Positions 19,742 to 29,416 of a stretch of 64,000 nucleotides of DNA are shown here, in pieces. Made by a program: the position numbers and the translations under genes. Source of the DNA: a virus. Taxonomy: Duplodnaviria; Heunggongvirae; Uroviricota; Caudoviricetes. The stretch lies in the IMG/VR virus record IMGVR_UViG_3300024268_000010, one strand, 5' to 3'. How positions within the stretch are numbered: the first letter of the stretch is position 1; every line of letters begins with the position of its first letter. The notes below the pieces were generated by a model. It made no database searches. It saw only the letters and a program-made list of their open reading frames with translations, and was not told where the DNA came from.

Positions 19742-20271
19742 TACTTACCACCTCCTTTCCAACCATATACTGCAGCCACATCTTTGTAGAGTGACTTCGT
19801 ATAATAGTTTAATTTGCTTCTGCTAATCTCTTCGCCGTTATAAATTGCGTCGAGAAGATTATTGATGTTTCTATCCTCACGGATTACCCTATATAAGTAG
19901 TGGTTGACTCCATCATGATGATGTTCAGTTCCTCGGATATCATATCCATCTCCATAAAACTCTGCATACTCTTCATCACAATAAAGAATGTCTTTAATAT
20001 TTCGGCTGTTGATGATTCTGTAACCGCTTTTTCTGCCATTCCACAAACCGAGGTCGGCAATTAAAAGAATTCTGCCGTCAACTACTTTGTTGAGATTCAC
20101 TCTCTCGTCACAGAGATACTCTTCATTTGTTTCAACCATCCACTCGTAGATTGCATCTTCATCATTAGGGTCAAGGTCTTCAATCTCGTTGATTTCGAGA
20201 AATTCTTTGTAGCCATCTTTCCAATCGTTAATGTCCAGATTTATACTGCTCCAAATTGTGTACTTTTTCAT
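19741..20271 (-). CDS. Conserved hypothetical phage protein
   Basis: ADLGLWNGR..GY, HHDG.N.Y.YR. Confidence 0.7.
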   Translation of the reverse strand: MKKYTIWSSINLDINDWKDGYKEFLEINEIEDLDPNDEDAIYEWMVETNEEYLCDERVNLNKVVDGRILLIADLGLWNGRKSGYRIINSRNIKDILYCDEEYAEFYGDGYDIRGTEHHHDGVNHYLYRVIREDRNINNLLDAIYNGEEISRSKLNYYTKSLYKDVAAVYGWKGGGK

Positions 20272-20284
20272 TTTTGTATCCTCC

Positions 20285-20536
20285 TTAAAATTTCGGCGCA
20301 TTTAAGTCTTCTTCTGTTACTCTCCAACCAATGGGTGTGTATCCCAGTGCGGATAAAAAAGCATAATATATGGTATTCAGCCACTCTATTCTCGTTTTGT
20401 CATTGCCTTTGATTTTATCAAAGACATCCATGTCAATAAATCGTTGTTGCTCCTCCTCGGTCATTTTTTCCCATGTCCATGATTTTTTGATAACATTTTG
20501 AAAATAATTTTCTACTGCGTTTGAGTATTTTTTCAT
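20285..20536 (-). CDS. Hypothetical protein
   Basis: 83 aa; RBS. Confidence 0.6.
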   Translation of the reverse strand: MKKYSNAVENYFQNVIKKSWTWEKMTEEEQQRFIDMDVFDKIKGNDKTRIEWLNTIYYAFLSALGYTPIGWRVTEEDLNAPKF

Positions 20537-20549
20537 AATTCATTCCTCC

Positions 20550-20846
20550 TTAAATTTTCTTGATTCCCGGTATTATTGCTTCGCCATCAAACATTACGCT
20601 CAACAAGTTTTGTGGTGTCCACCAATTGCGTCCATAGCCGTAGTAACCCTCAAAGTTTGCACCAAACTCTGTGTACACATCTCCGTCGCAATTCCAATCT
20701 GCCTCGACGGTATGGAACGGCTCAAGCTGTTTGCAAACCCTACCATTCTTCCAATGGATTTCATGGTCTGTACGAGTTATATCAATTTCGTACTTATCAC
20801 AAAAGAAACCTCTTTCAATAGACCATCCAGAATGCTCCAATCTCAT
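20550..20846 (-). CDS. Hypothetical protein
   Basis: Start after GGAGG. Confidence 0.6.
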   Translation of the reverse strand: MRLEHSGWSIERGFFCDKYEIDITRTDHEIHWKNGRVCKQLEPFHTVEADWNCDGDVYTEFGANFEGYYGYGRNWWTPQNLLSVMFDGEAIIPGIKKI

Positions 20847-20847
20847 T

Positions 20848-21411
20848 TTATTCCACCTCCTTTCTATACTCATCATACTCTGCCTTTGTTAGCAGTTGTT
20901 TCATATAATGCTTATCTTGGTATTCGTTGACGATAAACTCATCAAAGCACACCCAGATTTCACTTCCGAAGCCATAATCAAATTCCCAAACATCAAACAC
21001 AGTTTCAAGATCATCATTGGCTTCTTCCATACAGACAGACAACTCTCCAATCAACTGTGTCAATGTATATCCATGACGCAACATCCAGTCGAGTTGATAC
21101 TTTTCGTAAGCAATTTGTTTGATATTCATCTTGCTTTCCTCCTTGAAATTGGGATTAATAACACCCCATTCATTTATTATCCTGATACACTCAATTGATT
21201 CCTCTGTTACCTCACACTCTTCTACCCTAAGGTCGAGTTCATACACTTTTGGGGCATTTACGAAGAATGATTCTACACTTCTGCATTGAAGTTTTACAAA
21301 CAGCTCATATGCCTCCGTATAAGTATCAAATCTTCCAAAACCAATTCCGTAGTCAGTAACTTCAAGGTCTTGGTTATAACCAAGACCACATACATAATAT
21401 TTGATTGCCAT
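20848..21411 (-). CDS. Hypothetical protein (two modules)
   Basis: Internal AAGGAGG-ATG before MNIKQIAYEKYQLDW. Confidence 0.7.
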   Translation of the reverse strand: MAIKYYVCGLGYNQDLEVTDYGIGFGRFDTYTEAYELFVKLQCRSVESFFVNAPKVYELDLRVEECEVTEESIECIRIINEWGVINPNFKEESKMNIKQIAYEKYQLDWMLRHGYTLTQLIGELSVCMEEANDDLETVFDVWEFDYGFGSEIWVCFDEFIVNEYQDKHYMKQLLTKAEYDEYRKEVE

Positions 21412-21647
21412 TATTCTTCATCCTCCTCTTCGTAGTCATCGTCGTAATCTACCGCACCAATCTGTTCACCCTCTGTGATTACCACAGCTTTGAAATCTTT
21501 GCCATAGAACACTCGTACTTTATGCTCTTCCACATCATAGTTAATTTCCATTGCAAAATCACTGCCATACTTTTGTTTCATGCCAATTACAACCTCCATA
21601 TCTTCGTCGAAGTTCTCAAGCATTTCAATTAAATCTCTTACTGTCAT
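21411..21647 (-). CDS. Hypothetical acidic protein
   Basis: MTVRDLIEMLENFDEDMEV. Confidence 0.65.
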   Translation of the reverse strand: MTVRDLIEMLENFDEDMEVVIGMKQKYGSDFAMEINYDVEEHKVRVFYGKDFKAVVITEGEQIGAVDYDDDYEEEDEE

Positions 21648-21678
21648 AGTTAATTCCTCCCTTAAATTATCGTTTTAT

Positions 21679-21978
21679 TTATACTAATTTTCCACAGTTA
21701 TGCATATGCAACGAACCACAATGCATAACTGCTTTAACACCAAATCTGTGTACTGAATTATAGTTGTCGATCATATCCAATAATTCTTCTTTGCACAAGC
21801 AGTTGTAAGATTCGATAACCAATTCGGCATTGTCATTGTTGGATATGAGCCAACTTTGATGAACAAAAAATCCAGATGGACATTTCTCTTGATAAATGCC
21901 AAAGCCTTCGTATTCATCTCTAAGCACATATTTGTCCTGTGTTCCATATACATTTTTAATTGTGATAATTCTTTTCAT
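21679..21978 (-). CDS. Hypothetical protein
   Basis: Start after GGAGG. Confidence 0.6.
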   Translation of the reverse strand: MKRIITIKNVYGTQDKYVLRDEYEGFGIYQEKCPSGFFVHQSWLISNNDNAELVIESYNCLCKEELLDMIDNYNSVHRFGVKAVMHCGSLHMHNCGKLV

Positions 21979-21992
21979 ATCAATTTCCTCCA

Positions 21993-22514
21993 TTACCATT
22001 TTCGATTAAAGTCGTGATCCCAACTTGCACCATCGTAAGCATCGGTCAAATAATCTATTAATTCGGCCAATGTCCAATTAACTCTCATAAAAATCTCCTT
22101 GCCATCTGTAGAAAAATTGTAAATTTCTTCGTCCCACCAGAATCCCCACAAGTCTTGATCTCTGTCGTAATGCTCAAAGAAATCATGCCATTCTGTCGGC
22201 TTCTCCTTGGGATAATTATAACCAGATAAAGGAAGACCATTATCGTAATGAAGAGTTTCCATACAATCGCTAATCCTTGCAATAGCGTGTACCGAACCTG
22301 GACGAGTTCCCTTGAGTATTATATTGTCAGCACAACTCAAACAGTTGTTCAATACTTCATTGTCATCCAATTCTCTTAATAATTCTGTCGCCTCGCCAAC
22401 AGTTACCCCCTTGAATATTTTTGTCAGAATAACACACGCCTCATTCAAATCGTTCGACAATGCCTTTGTAAGTTCATCTGCGTATCTTTCAATCATTTTT
22501 TCAACATTCTTCAT
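21993..22514 (-). CDS. Hypothetical protein
   Basis: Start after AGGAGG. Confidence 0.65.
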   Translation of the reverse strand: MKNVEKMIERYADELTKALSNDLNEACVILTKIFKGVTVGEATELLRELDDNEVLNNCLSCADNIILKGTRPGSVHAIARISDCMETLHYDNGLPLSGYNYPKEKPTEWHDFFEHYDRDQDLWGFWWDEEIYNFSTDGKEIFMRVNWTLAELIDYLTDAYDGASWDHDFNRKW

Positions 22515-22534
22515 TTGTAATTTCCTCCTAAATA

Positions 22535-22936
22535 TCAAATCAATTCATAAAGTGTATCAAATCCACATTCTTTACACCAATCACACTTGGACTCAACTGC
22601 GTCCATTTCATCCACATAATGTGTAAGTGTTGCTTGGTTTCCCTCATGGCACTCAATGCCCATAAGACAATGTTCACAGACCCACAAGGTTTCTCTTGGC
22701 TCGTAGTCATCTCCATAGGGAATAGATTCCCATCCCTCATAGAAAGGAATGTTATAATCATCAAGCAGTTTGTTTACCATAAATTCCTCAAGGCAATTAT
22801 CTTGGTCGGTATTATGCCACTCAATATAATACTCATCAAGAGATTTCAGCATTGCTTCTTTGGCAGATTCATACTTGTCATGCAACTCAATTTTCAAGGT
22901 GCGTTCAAAGCACACAACATCGTATTCAATAATCAT
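22535..22936 (-). CDS. Hypothetical protein with C-terminal zinc finger
   Basis: CEHC...CDWC. Confidence 0.65.
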   Translation of the reverse strand: MIIEYDVVCFERTLKIELHDKYESAKEAMLKSLDEYYIEWHNTDQDNCLEEFMVNKLLDDYNIPFYEGWESIPYGDDYEPRETLWVCEHCLMGIECHEGNQATLTHYVDEMDAVESKCDWCKECGFDTLYELI

Positions 22937-22937
22937 T

Positions 22938-23231
22938 TTATTTTACCTCCTCTAATTTTGTAATGGGCAACGGATTTTTCTCGAAACATCCATAATACCA
23001 ATCACACAGTGTTTCAATGGTATCATAGTTCCAAATCTCATCCCAATACTGTTTGTCGCTTGCATTAGGATGTTCTTCATAAAAGAGTTCGCTGATATAG
23101 CTCATATAGCCATCAAAAAATGCATAACAAATATGTTCGTCAATGCCCATATTGTTATGATAATCGGATACATAGATGCTATTCAGCACCACTTGGTTTC
23201 TCAATCTTTGCAATTCATTTTTGTTCAACAT
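22938..23231 (-). CDS. Hypothetical protein
   Basis: Start after GGAGG. Confidence 0.6.
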   Translation of the reverse strand: MLNKNELQRLRNQVVLNSIYVSDYHNNMGIDEHICYAFFDGYMSYISELFYEEHPNASDKQYWDEIWNYDTIETLCDWYYGCFEKNPLPITKLEEVK

Positions 23232-23232
23232 T

Positions 23233-23442
23233 TTATTTTTCCTCCAAGCCAAATATTTGTACAATATCCTCAAAACTGTTTACATACATAGGTACTCCAT
23301 GAAACTCCATTTCTGTTACTGGATCATCTGATCCCGGACCAACATAATCTTCTGCCCACCACATTTTTCTAAGTTCCTCGATGGAGTTAAAGTTCCATTC
23401 TCTGTATTCTCCGTCTATATTAATTGTTACAAATGTCAACAT
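23233..23442 (-). CDS. Hypothetical protein
   Basis: Start after AAGGAGG, preceded by hairpin AGGGGTAGG-CAAAAA-CCTACCCCT. Confidence 0.6.
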   Translation of the reverse strand: MLTFVTINIDGEYREWNFNSIEELRKMWWAEDYVGPGSDDPVTEMEFHGVPMYVNSFEDIVQIFGLEEK

Positions 23443-23504
23443 ATTATTGCCTCCTTGAGGGGTAGGTTTTTGCCTACCCCTATTATAATCATTTTGCTTT
23501 GTGC

Positions 23505-23669
23505 TTACAACGACCAATTGCCAATGTTATTGCCGTTGATATCTTGAATTTTACCTTCGGTTTCGCCATTCTTAATGCGTTGCAAAATTCTTTCGAATAT
23601 GCATTCGATCTGATAGTCCATGCCATATTCTTCAAATGCCGCATTATCGGTGTTGAATTTAATTGTCAT
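23505..23669 (-). CDS. Small conserved phage protein
   Basis: TDNAAF...I.DINGN.IG.W. Confidence 0.65.
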   Translation of the reverse strand: MTIKFNTDNAAFEEYGMDYQIECIFERILQRIKNGETEGKIQDINGNNIGNWSL

Positions 23670-23670
23670 A

Positions 23671-24180
23671 TTACTTACCTCCTTTCTCAAGATAATCCAT
23701 AAGCACCTTACCAGTTTTACAAGCGTGCTCATTTCTTCCGTCAAATCTGCCATCTTCATACATCTCTCTGCATTTCAGCAACCATTCAAGGCAAAGTGTA
23801 GTAAAATCAGACTGCAAGGTTCTGTGCTCACGGCTCATTTGCTCAACGAATGACTGATAGTTAAAAATGCAGTTGATTTCGTTTGTGATATGACTTGCAA
23901 GTTGTTTCTCCTTGGCAACTGTTGGCTCTTTGGTTGCCTCAAAGTAACTTACATTTCCAAGTCGATCAACAGATTTCAGTCTTACCTTGGTGTCAGTTTC
24001 TCTATCGAGTGTGAACTTACGGAATAAATTCAAACTATTGAGCTTCGTCATCAGTTCATAACCTGTGGTGCTATCCTCAACTGCGTCTTCAATATGTGCA
24101 ATAGAACACTCATCTCCATACCACAGATTGCTAAGTGCCTCACGAAGTCCATTTGAAGTTTTTAACGCTGGATGTTTCAT
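23671..24180 (-). CDS. Hypothetical protein
   Basis: EHRTLQ..FT..C, DGRNE. Confidence 0.7.
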   Translation of the reverse strand: MKHPALKTSNGLREALSNLWYGDECSIAHIEDAVEDSTTGYELMTKLNSLNLFRKFTLDRETDTKVRLKSVDRLGNVSYFEATKEPTVAKEKQLASHITNEINCIFNYQSFVEQMSREHRTLQSDFTTLCLEWLLKCREMYEDGRFDGRNEHACKTGKVLMDYLEKGGK

Positions 24181-24181
24181 A

Positions 24182-24487
24182 TTAATTCTCCTCCTCATTG
24201 TATACTGTTTCTACAAAATCCCACATCATATCCCAATCGTGATTGAATGCAGAATCACAACCAAGCCATTCACTGTAAAGGAACTGAAGTGGACGAGAGA
24301 AGCTGCTGAGCCATTCATATATATTCTCGTAATCCTCAAATTCATGATAATTGCTCATGAACATTTCATAATAGGACTCGTAAAATCCTATTCTGTACCA
24401 ATGTTCATAGGCATTTACACCAATGTTTGCCTTAAATTCCTCTCGTTCTCTTTTGATGTTGTTAATAAAAATTTCGTAGCAAGTCAT
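24182..24487 (-). CDS. Hypothetical protein
   Basis: 101 aa; RBS. Confidence 0.65.
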   Translation of the reverse strand: MTCYEIFINNIKREREEFKANIGVNAYEHWYRIGFYESYYEMFMSNYHEFEDYENIYEWLSSFSRPLQFLYSEWLGCDSAFNHDWDMMWDFVETVYNEEEN

Positions 24488-24488
24488 A

Positions 24489-24809
24489 TTAGTTTTCCTC
24501 CTTATTCAAATCTCTTACTCGTTCATTCAGCAATTGCAATGCAACTGTGAAACTTACATGATAATGTCCATAGTTCAAACTTACTCTGCCTCCAAACACA
24601 CTTGCAGTCCATACTACATACTGACCATCAAAGTATTGACTCGGCTTGATGTATTTGCCGACCACCATAAAGAGTTTATCTTCCTCATCAGGATGGTTAT
24701 TCAGCTTGCATACAAAAATGGGTTTGCAGTTCAATTCCTCTACTTTTGCAGTGATTGCACAGTAAGTTTCTGCGGAAATGGTTGTGAAATCTTCGTTGTA
24801 CTTTTTCAT
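24489..24809 (-). CDS. Hypothetical protein
   Basis: YVVW...LNYGHY. Confidence 0.65.
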   Translation of the reverse strand: MKKYNEDFTTISAETYCAITAKVEELNCKPIFVCKLNNHPDEEDKLFMVVGKYIKPSQYFDGQYVVWTASVFGGRVSLNYGHYHVSFTVALQLLNERVRDLNKEEN

Positions 24810-24874
24810 GGTTTATATCTCCAAGTATTTATATTCCCCGTATATCTCCGATAGGGCAGAGAATTTTGATTTAA

Positions 24875-25858
24875 TTAGCCGACCAACTGCTCCATGTAAA
24901 TGCCATCATCATCTTCGGATGTCATGACATATTGCAAAACTTCTTCACTGTCAGTGTCAACAAACTTGATATTGATATAAGTGTTGGGTACAAAATCGTC
25001 GAATATTTGCTTATCGACTTTTATTTTTCCCGTATTCATATCACATTCAAGTAATTCTGCCTTTTCAAGATCAATGTCTGCGTGAATATTATCAGATTCG
25101 TCCACTTCGATGTGATAGAAATTTTCATCACAATGATAACAGGTATATGCATAACCTGCCACATCTGACGGAGCAAGGTCTTTGCCACATTTGGGGCATT
25201 TTCTGATACGATCACTTTCGTACTTGTCCACAAGAATTCTGTTAGGATAATCCTCGTGGTAGTACAATTCCAACTCCGTAGAAGTAGTTGTGTTCAAGCA
25301 AATTGGAGTGCCGAGTTCAACGGCTTTTTCTTTAAGTTTGTTGAAAGCCTCAATGATATCTTCGTGTGTTGTGAGTTTGTTGAGATTGATTTCCTCCTTG
25401 TTCTTTAACATCTCTTCAAGTACCTCAAGATATGCTTTATAGTGCTCAATATTTTTTTCTGCAAACTCAGAGATACCAAGCACAATTTCCTCGTTTGATA
25501 TCGTGCCTTTGATGTCATAAATTTCTGCACGAACTTCGTCACAAGTTAATTCATCGAGGTTGGCTTTGCCTGTCGCTTCCAACAATTGGTTAAGCCAACA
25601 CTCGATAAATTCTTGTGTTTCGGCGTCATCCATCAAGCCTTGCAAAAAATCATTGTCATCATCATATTCCTCCTCTTCATCTTCAAACCCCTCGTCAAAA
25701 CACAGTAAGCCTGCCGGTTCATATCCATAAAACTCTGCAAGAGCAATAAGTGCTTGCTTGGGTTCGTAGGTTATCTTGTTAAAATTGCTTGTTTCTGTGT
25801 GTCTGCCGTCAGTTACAATTACGGTGTTGTCTTCAAATGTGATAGTAATAGTTTTCAT
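24875..25858 (-). CDS. Acidic multi-module protein with zinc ribbon
   Basis: CPKCG...Y.CYHCDENFY; very D/E-rich. Confidence 0.7.
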   Translation of the reverse strand: MKTITITFEDNTVIVTDGRHTETSNFNKITYEPKQALIALAEFYGYEPAGLLCFDEGFEDEEEEYDDDNDFLQGLMDDAETQEFIECWLNQLLEATGKANLDELTCDEVRAEIYDIKGTISNEEIVLGISEFAEKNIEHYKAYLEVLEEMLKNKEEINLNKLTTHEDIIEAFNKLKEKAVELGTPICLNTTTSTELELYYHEDYPNRILVDKYESDRIRKCPKCGKDLAPSDVAGYAYTCYHCDENFYHIEVDESDNIHADIDLEKAELLECDMNTGKIKVDKQIFDDFVPNTYINIKFVDTDSEEVLQYVMTSEDDDGIYMEQLVG

Positions 25859-25912
25859 ATATAAATCCTTTCTGCTCGTTTATGTCCGTAATCGCCCAGA
25901 CATTTTGTTTTG

Positions 25913-26086
25913 TTAATGCTTTTGAATCATATATCCCAAACCAAAGAAGTTCATTGCCGTATCAAGGCAACGGAATTGCCATGCTTCTTTTTCATTTTCA
26001 GTATGGATAGGATAGCCGTATTCATCTGTTCCAGATATGTACAGCCATTTTCCCTTATTCCGTTTACATACAGTCCAATAAGTCAG
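25913..26086 (-). CDS. Hypothetical 57-aa protein with probable CTG start
   Basis: AGGAGG-N8-CTG overlapping upstream TGA; open frame fills the gap. Confidence 0.5.
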   Translation of the reverse strand: MTYWTVCKRNKGKWLYISGTDEYGYPIHTENEKEAWQFRCLDTAMNFFGLGYMIQKH

Positions 26087-26535
26087 AATTGCTTCCTCCT
26101 TGATCTCTCTGATCTATCCAAACATTCTTGCAGTCGTACCTTTTTGCCAAGTCTTTTATCTCGCTCCCCTTTCTGAATGCGAGTTGCCTTGCCTGTTTCT
26201 TGCAGACGGTTTGGCATATCGTACTTATATGCAAGGTGATGCATGTGCTTAGAGTAATTACTTTCTGTTGTTCGAGCATTGTTGCAGAGTTCAAATTTCT
26301 CTTTGTACTCTGCTATGCTCATATTGTGAAACTCTCTCACATGAGAACCGAGCCGTTTGTATGCTCGTCCACACATATGGCAGATTACATAGCCACGGTG
26401 GTCATGCTCAATTTTACCTTTTGGTGGGATGGGATTATCAGTTCCTCCTTTGAGGTAGTAGAGATAACAGCCTTGGCATGTTGTCCCCGGGTAAACTTTG
26501 GTTGGAATTACTTTTCCGCATTTTGTGCATTGCAT
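26083..26535 (-). CDS. Ros/MucR-like zinc-finger protein
   Basis: ICHMCGRAYKRLGSHVREFHNMSIAEYKEKF plus N-terminal C4 finger. Confidence 0.75.
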   Translation of the reverse strand: MQCTKCGKVIPTKVYPGTTCQGCYLYYLKGGTDNPIPPKGKIEHDHRGYVICHMCGRAYKRLGSHVREFHNMSIAEYKEKFELCNNARTTESNYSKHMHHLAYKYDMPNRLQETGKATRIQKGERDKRLGKKVRLQECLDRSERSRRKQF

Positions 26536-27392
26536 TTTTGTGCCTCCTTGAAATCATCGACAATCTGCCATAGCCAAGCGGCAAATTTGTCGTAGTTTTT
26601 GATGGGTTCGTCGTAGGATTTGTGCTGTTTGGTTTTGTAGTCGTACTCACATTTATGTTGAGTGAGTTTATCGACAACTTCGTAACCGATACTGTCTACA
26701 AGGATGAAGCGCTTGTTGTCTACATCCACATAGAATGTAAACGAGTTTCGTGCATTTCTCAGTATAAACCCATCACCACTATAATCCGACCTAAATCTGT
26801 AACTTCCAAATTCCTTATTGTGCTTAAAACTATTATCAATGGACAATTCCTCATTTTCCCAATAAGGCACAATTCCGTACTTCTTGGCATTGTCAATCAT
26901 GAATTGCTTGAGTGGTTTCATATCAGGGATTCCTTGAGGATATTCACAGAAGAAGCAATCATTCTTTTCTCTGAAGAGAATAGGCTTTTCTTCGATGTCG
27001 TGAACACACTTCTTGTTGTACTTTGGTATATAAGCACAAGAAATTTGATACACTCTCTTCTCATTGACAATGGAAATTTTCTTGTTGCCATCTTTAACTT
27101 CTTGCACATCACGGCTTGACTCCTCTTTGAGCAGAGTGTGTTCATGGAACCACCAGCATCCATCACACTGATTGATTTTCGCTCTCTCCTCGGCAATTGC
27201 CTCAGCCACCTCGTCATAAGTGCCTTGCTTAACAGAAGAGCAATAAAATGCTCCAAGACGAATGTCGTCAATGATGTATTTGACCTCTTTATCCATGATT
27301 CGTTTTCCGTCTGTTGTGTTGTATTGATTGCTGAAAATATGGGTTGTATCAACCTCTTTAATTTCTCCGTTGCGCAGTACAAGTTTCATCAT
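26508..27392 (-). CDS. Hypothetical protein
   Basis: 294 aa; several Cys pairs. Confidence 0.7.
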   Translation of the reverse strand: MMKLVLRNGEIKEVDTTHIFSNQYNTTDGKRIMDKEVKYIIDDIRLGAFYCSSVKQGTYDEVAEAIAEERAKINQCDGCWWFHEHTLLKEESSRDVQEVKDGNKKISIVNEKRVYQISCAYIPKYNKKCVHDIEEKPILFREKNDCFFCEYPQGIPDMKPLKQFMIDNAKKYGIVPYWENEELSIDNSFKHNKEFGSYRFRSDYSGDGFILRNARNSFTFYVDVDNKRFILVDSIGYEVVDKLTQHKCEYDYKTKQHKSYDEPIKNYDKFAAWLWQIVDDFKEAQKCNAQNAEK

Positions 27393-27405
27393 TTTAATTC
27401 CTCCT

Positions 27406-27813
27406 TTACCAAATATCTCTCATTGCTTTAATCTGTTCCTCGGTAAAGCACCTACGAACATCATTGTATTCCTTGACGACAGCATTATATGTGTTGATAA
27501 GATTTGTCATATCCTCAACACAGTGGATTTCATATCCGAACTCATGCATAAAATCATCTATACTTCCGACATCGTACTTTTCCAAGCATGAGAGTATGTC
27601 GTACTCAGTGGGTTTTATGTTTGCTTCCGTGTTATGTCGGCTATCATAAAAATTCCCAGTCATTTGACCTCTCTGTGTCTTGATGATAAATGTGTACATA
27701 TTATGGTTGCCTTTGTCCCAAGTTACTTTGACTTTACCAATATATGTGATACTCATTGTTGCAGGGCATGTGTTCAAAAATTCTCTTGCTTGGTTTTGAT
27801 AATCAGTTGTCAT
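27406..27813 (-). CDS. Hypothetical protein
   Basis: PTEYDILSCL...F..EFGY. Confidence 0.7.
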   Translation of the reverse strand: MTTDYQNQAREFLNTCPATMSITYIGKVKVTWDKGNHNMYTFIIKTQRGQMTGNFYDSRHNTEANIKPTEYDILSCLEKYDVGSIDDFMHEFGYEIHCVEDMTNLINTYNAVVKEYNDVRRCFTEEQIKAMRDIW

Positions 27814-27967
27814 TTTTTAATTCCTCCCGTTTTGTAACAAGTTTTGCTCTCAATTTAGTGAGCAATTGAATTGCGTCACATTGCTCATCCAATGTGTCGA
27901 TATCATCCATTTCGATGATTGACAGCAATGCGTTATCAAGCAACTTGATGTTTTTGTTCGTTGTCAT
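27803..27967 (-). CDS. Hypothetical protein
   Basis: Start after GAGGAG. Confidence 0.5.
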   Translation of the reverse strand: MTTNKNIKLLDNALLSIIEMDDIDTLDEQCDAIQLLTKLRAKLVTKREELKNDN

Positions 27968-27986
27968 GGTTGAGCTCCTCGCTTTC

Positions 27987-28262
27987 TTACAATGTGGCAC
28001 AGAAGTTGGCTAATTTGTGCCACAAGTGGTATGTGTCCAAGGTCATCTTGATTTCCTCAGGCACACCGGTTCTCAGATACCAAGTGTAGGCTTGCTTGTG
28101 CAATCTGTAGCAAGCCTCAATCTCGGCTTCTGTGAATTGCTCCCTCATGAGCCTTCTGCGCTTGCCAGTGTTCCATACGGCACGGCTCATTGTTTCGGCA
28201 ACAACCGAATAAGGGATTTCCTTACGGATTTCGTCTGCATTAAAGCTGATGTAAAGTTTCAT
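27987..28262 (-). CDS. Hypothetical protein
   Basis: 91 aa; RBS. Confidence 0.65.
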   Translation of the reverse strand: MKLYISFNADEIRKEIPYSVVAETMSRAVWNTGKRRRLMREQFTEAEIEACYRLHKQAYTWYLRTGVPEEIKMTLDTYHLWHKLANFCATL

Positions 28263-28264
28263 AA

Positions 28265-28612
28265 TTACACCTCCCTTCTTGCATTGTTGTCCACAATATC
28301 GTCAAACCAACGACTACCAACCTCAAAACGAGCCAAGGCAATTTTCATGTGGTTGATGTTGGTTACGGATACGATTGTCAGATCGTTGGGATATGCATTG
28401 GCACCACGAAGACCGTAGGTTGCATTCATAAATTCTCCTGTGATGATGTGGAATGTTGGTTCTTGCCCATCGATTGTTGCCCCAAGATTAACAAGCCAAT
28501 CCATTACGGCTTCAAAGTTTTCTTCTGCTGCAGTTAATCCCTCCCAAGTGAGGGCGCTCTGATTGTAGAGTGCCTCAAGTTGTGCTTTTGTGCATACATT
28601 AATTGTTTCCAT
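28265..28612 (-). CDS. Hypothetical protein
   Basis: SALT.EG...YP.DL...RWFDDIVDNN. Confidence 0.7.
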   Translation of the reverse strand: METINVCTKAQLEALYNQSALTWEGLTAAEENFEAVMDWLVNLGATIDGQEPTFHIITGEFMNATYGLRGANAYPNDLTIVSVTNINHMKIALARFEVGSRWFDDIVDNNARREV

Positions 28613-28626
28613 TGTTAAATTCCTCC

Positions 28627-29121
28627 TTAATTTTCAGATATCAGTTTGTTAAGTTCTTTTCGTGCTTCGTCTCGCAAGGCAATTGCTTCTTGCAATTTTT
28701 GTTGGAGTTCCTCCATACGAGCCTTGTGCTGAAATTCCTCAATGTAAATATCGTTCCGAAGTTCCTCAATGTGAGCGTCCTGCTTGTTGATTTGCTCGTT
28801 AGCATTACGCATTTTATTTTGTTTTGCTATCAGTTCGTCATAAGCCCTTGCCTTTTCGGCATTAGCACGGTTGGTTTCGGCAATTTCTTGCATGAATTCA
28901 AGTATTTCATCTGCATAGCAGAAGCGAAGTCCCTTTACAGTTTTCATACGCTTGGTCAGTACCCACGAGATTGCACCAGAAGTAACCCCAATTGCTTTTG
29001 CTGCTTCTGCTACCGAAGCATAGAATGTGTTGGTTGTAATGCAGAATACTGCTCTGCAATTTCTGTTGGTTTTGATTCCGTTAGCATTAATGGTTGCGAT
29101 GTTCTGAAGTGTGATAGTCAT
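28627..29121 (-). CDS. NUMOD1-like HTH DNA-binding domain fused to coiled coil
   Basis: AVFCITT..FYASVAEAAKAIG...IS..L...KTVKG..F.Y. Confidence 0.65.
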   Translation of the reverse strand: MTITLQNIATINANGIKTNRNCRAVFCITTNTFYASVAEAAKAIGVTSGAISWVLTKRMKTVKGLRFCYADEILEFMQEIAETNRANAEKARAYDELIAKQNKMRNANEQINKQDAHIEELRNDIYIEEFQHKARMEELQQKLQEAIALRDEARKELNKLISEN

Positions 29122-29176
29122 AGTTTTATACCTTCCTTTTGGCATTGTTGCCTTTTTTCTTTTGTGTTTTTTTGGT

Positions 29177-29398
29177 TTAGTTGCGAATAAGTTCGCTCGG
29201 TTCAATTGTTTCTTCGGTGAAGTCTTCAACATAAGCCCAATTGTGTTCACCTCGTTCGTTATCAACGAGTTCACAATTGTATCCCTTTTGGCAGTTCTCC
29301 CATATGAAGTCTTGCACCTCATAGAAATTGTCGGTTTCAAGGCTGTCCATAAGTCCAGCAAAGTTTGTGCACAGATACGCTTTAACGATGTATCTCAT
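29177..29398 (-). CDS. Hypothetical protein
   Basis: 73 aa; RBS. Confidence 0.6.
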   Translation of the reverse strand: MRYIVKAYLCTNFAGLMDSLETDNFYEVQDFIWENCQKGYNCELVDNERGEHNWAYVEDFTEETIEPSELIRN

Positions 29399-29416
29399 AG
29401 TCCGTTCCTCCTTTCA

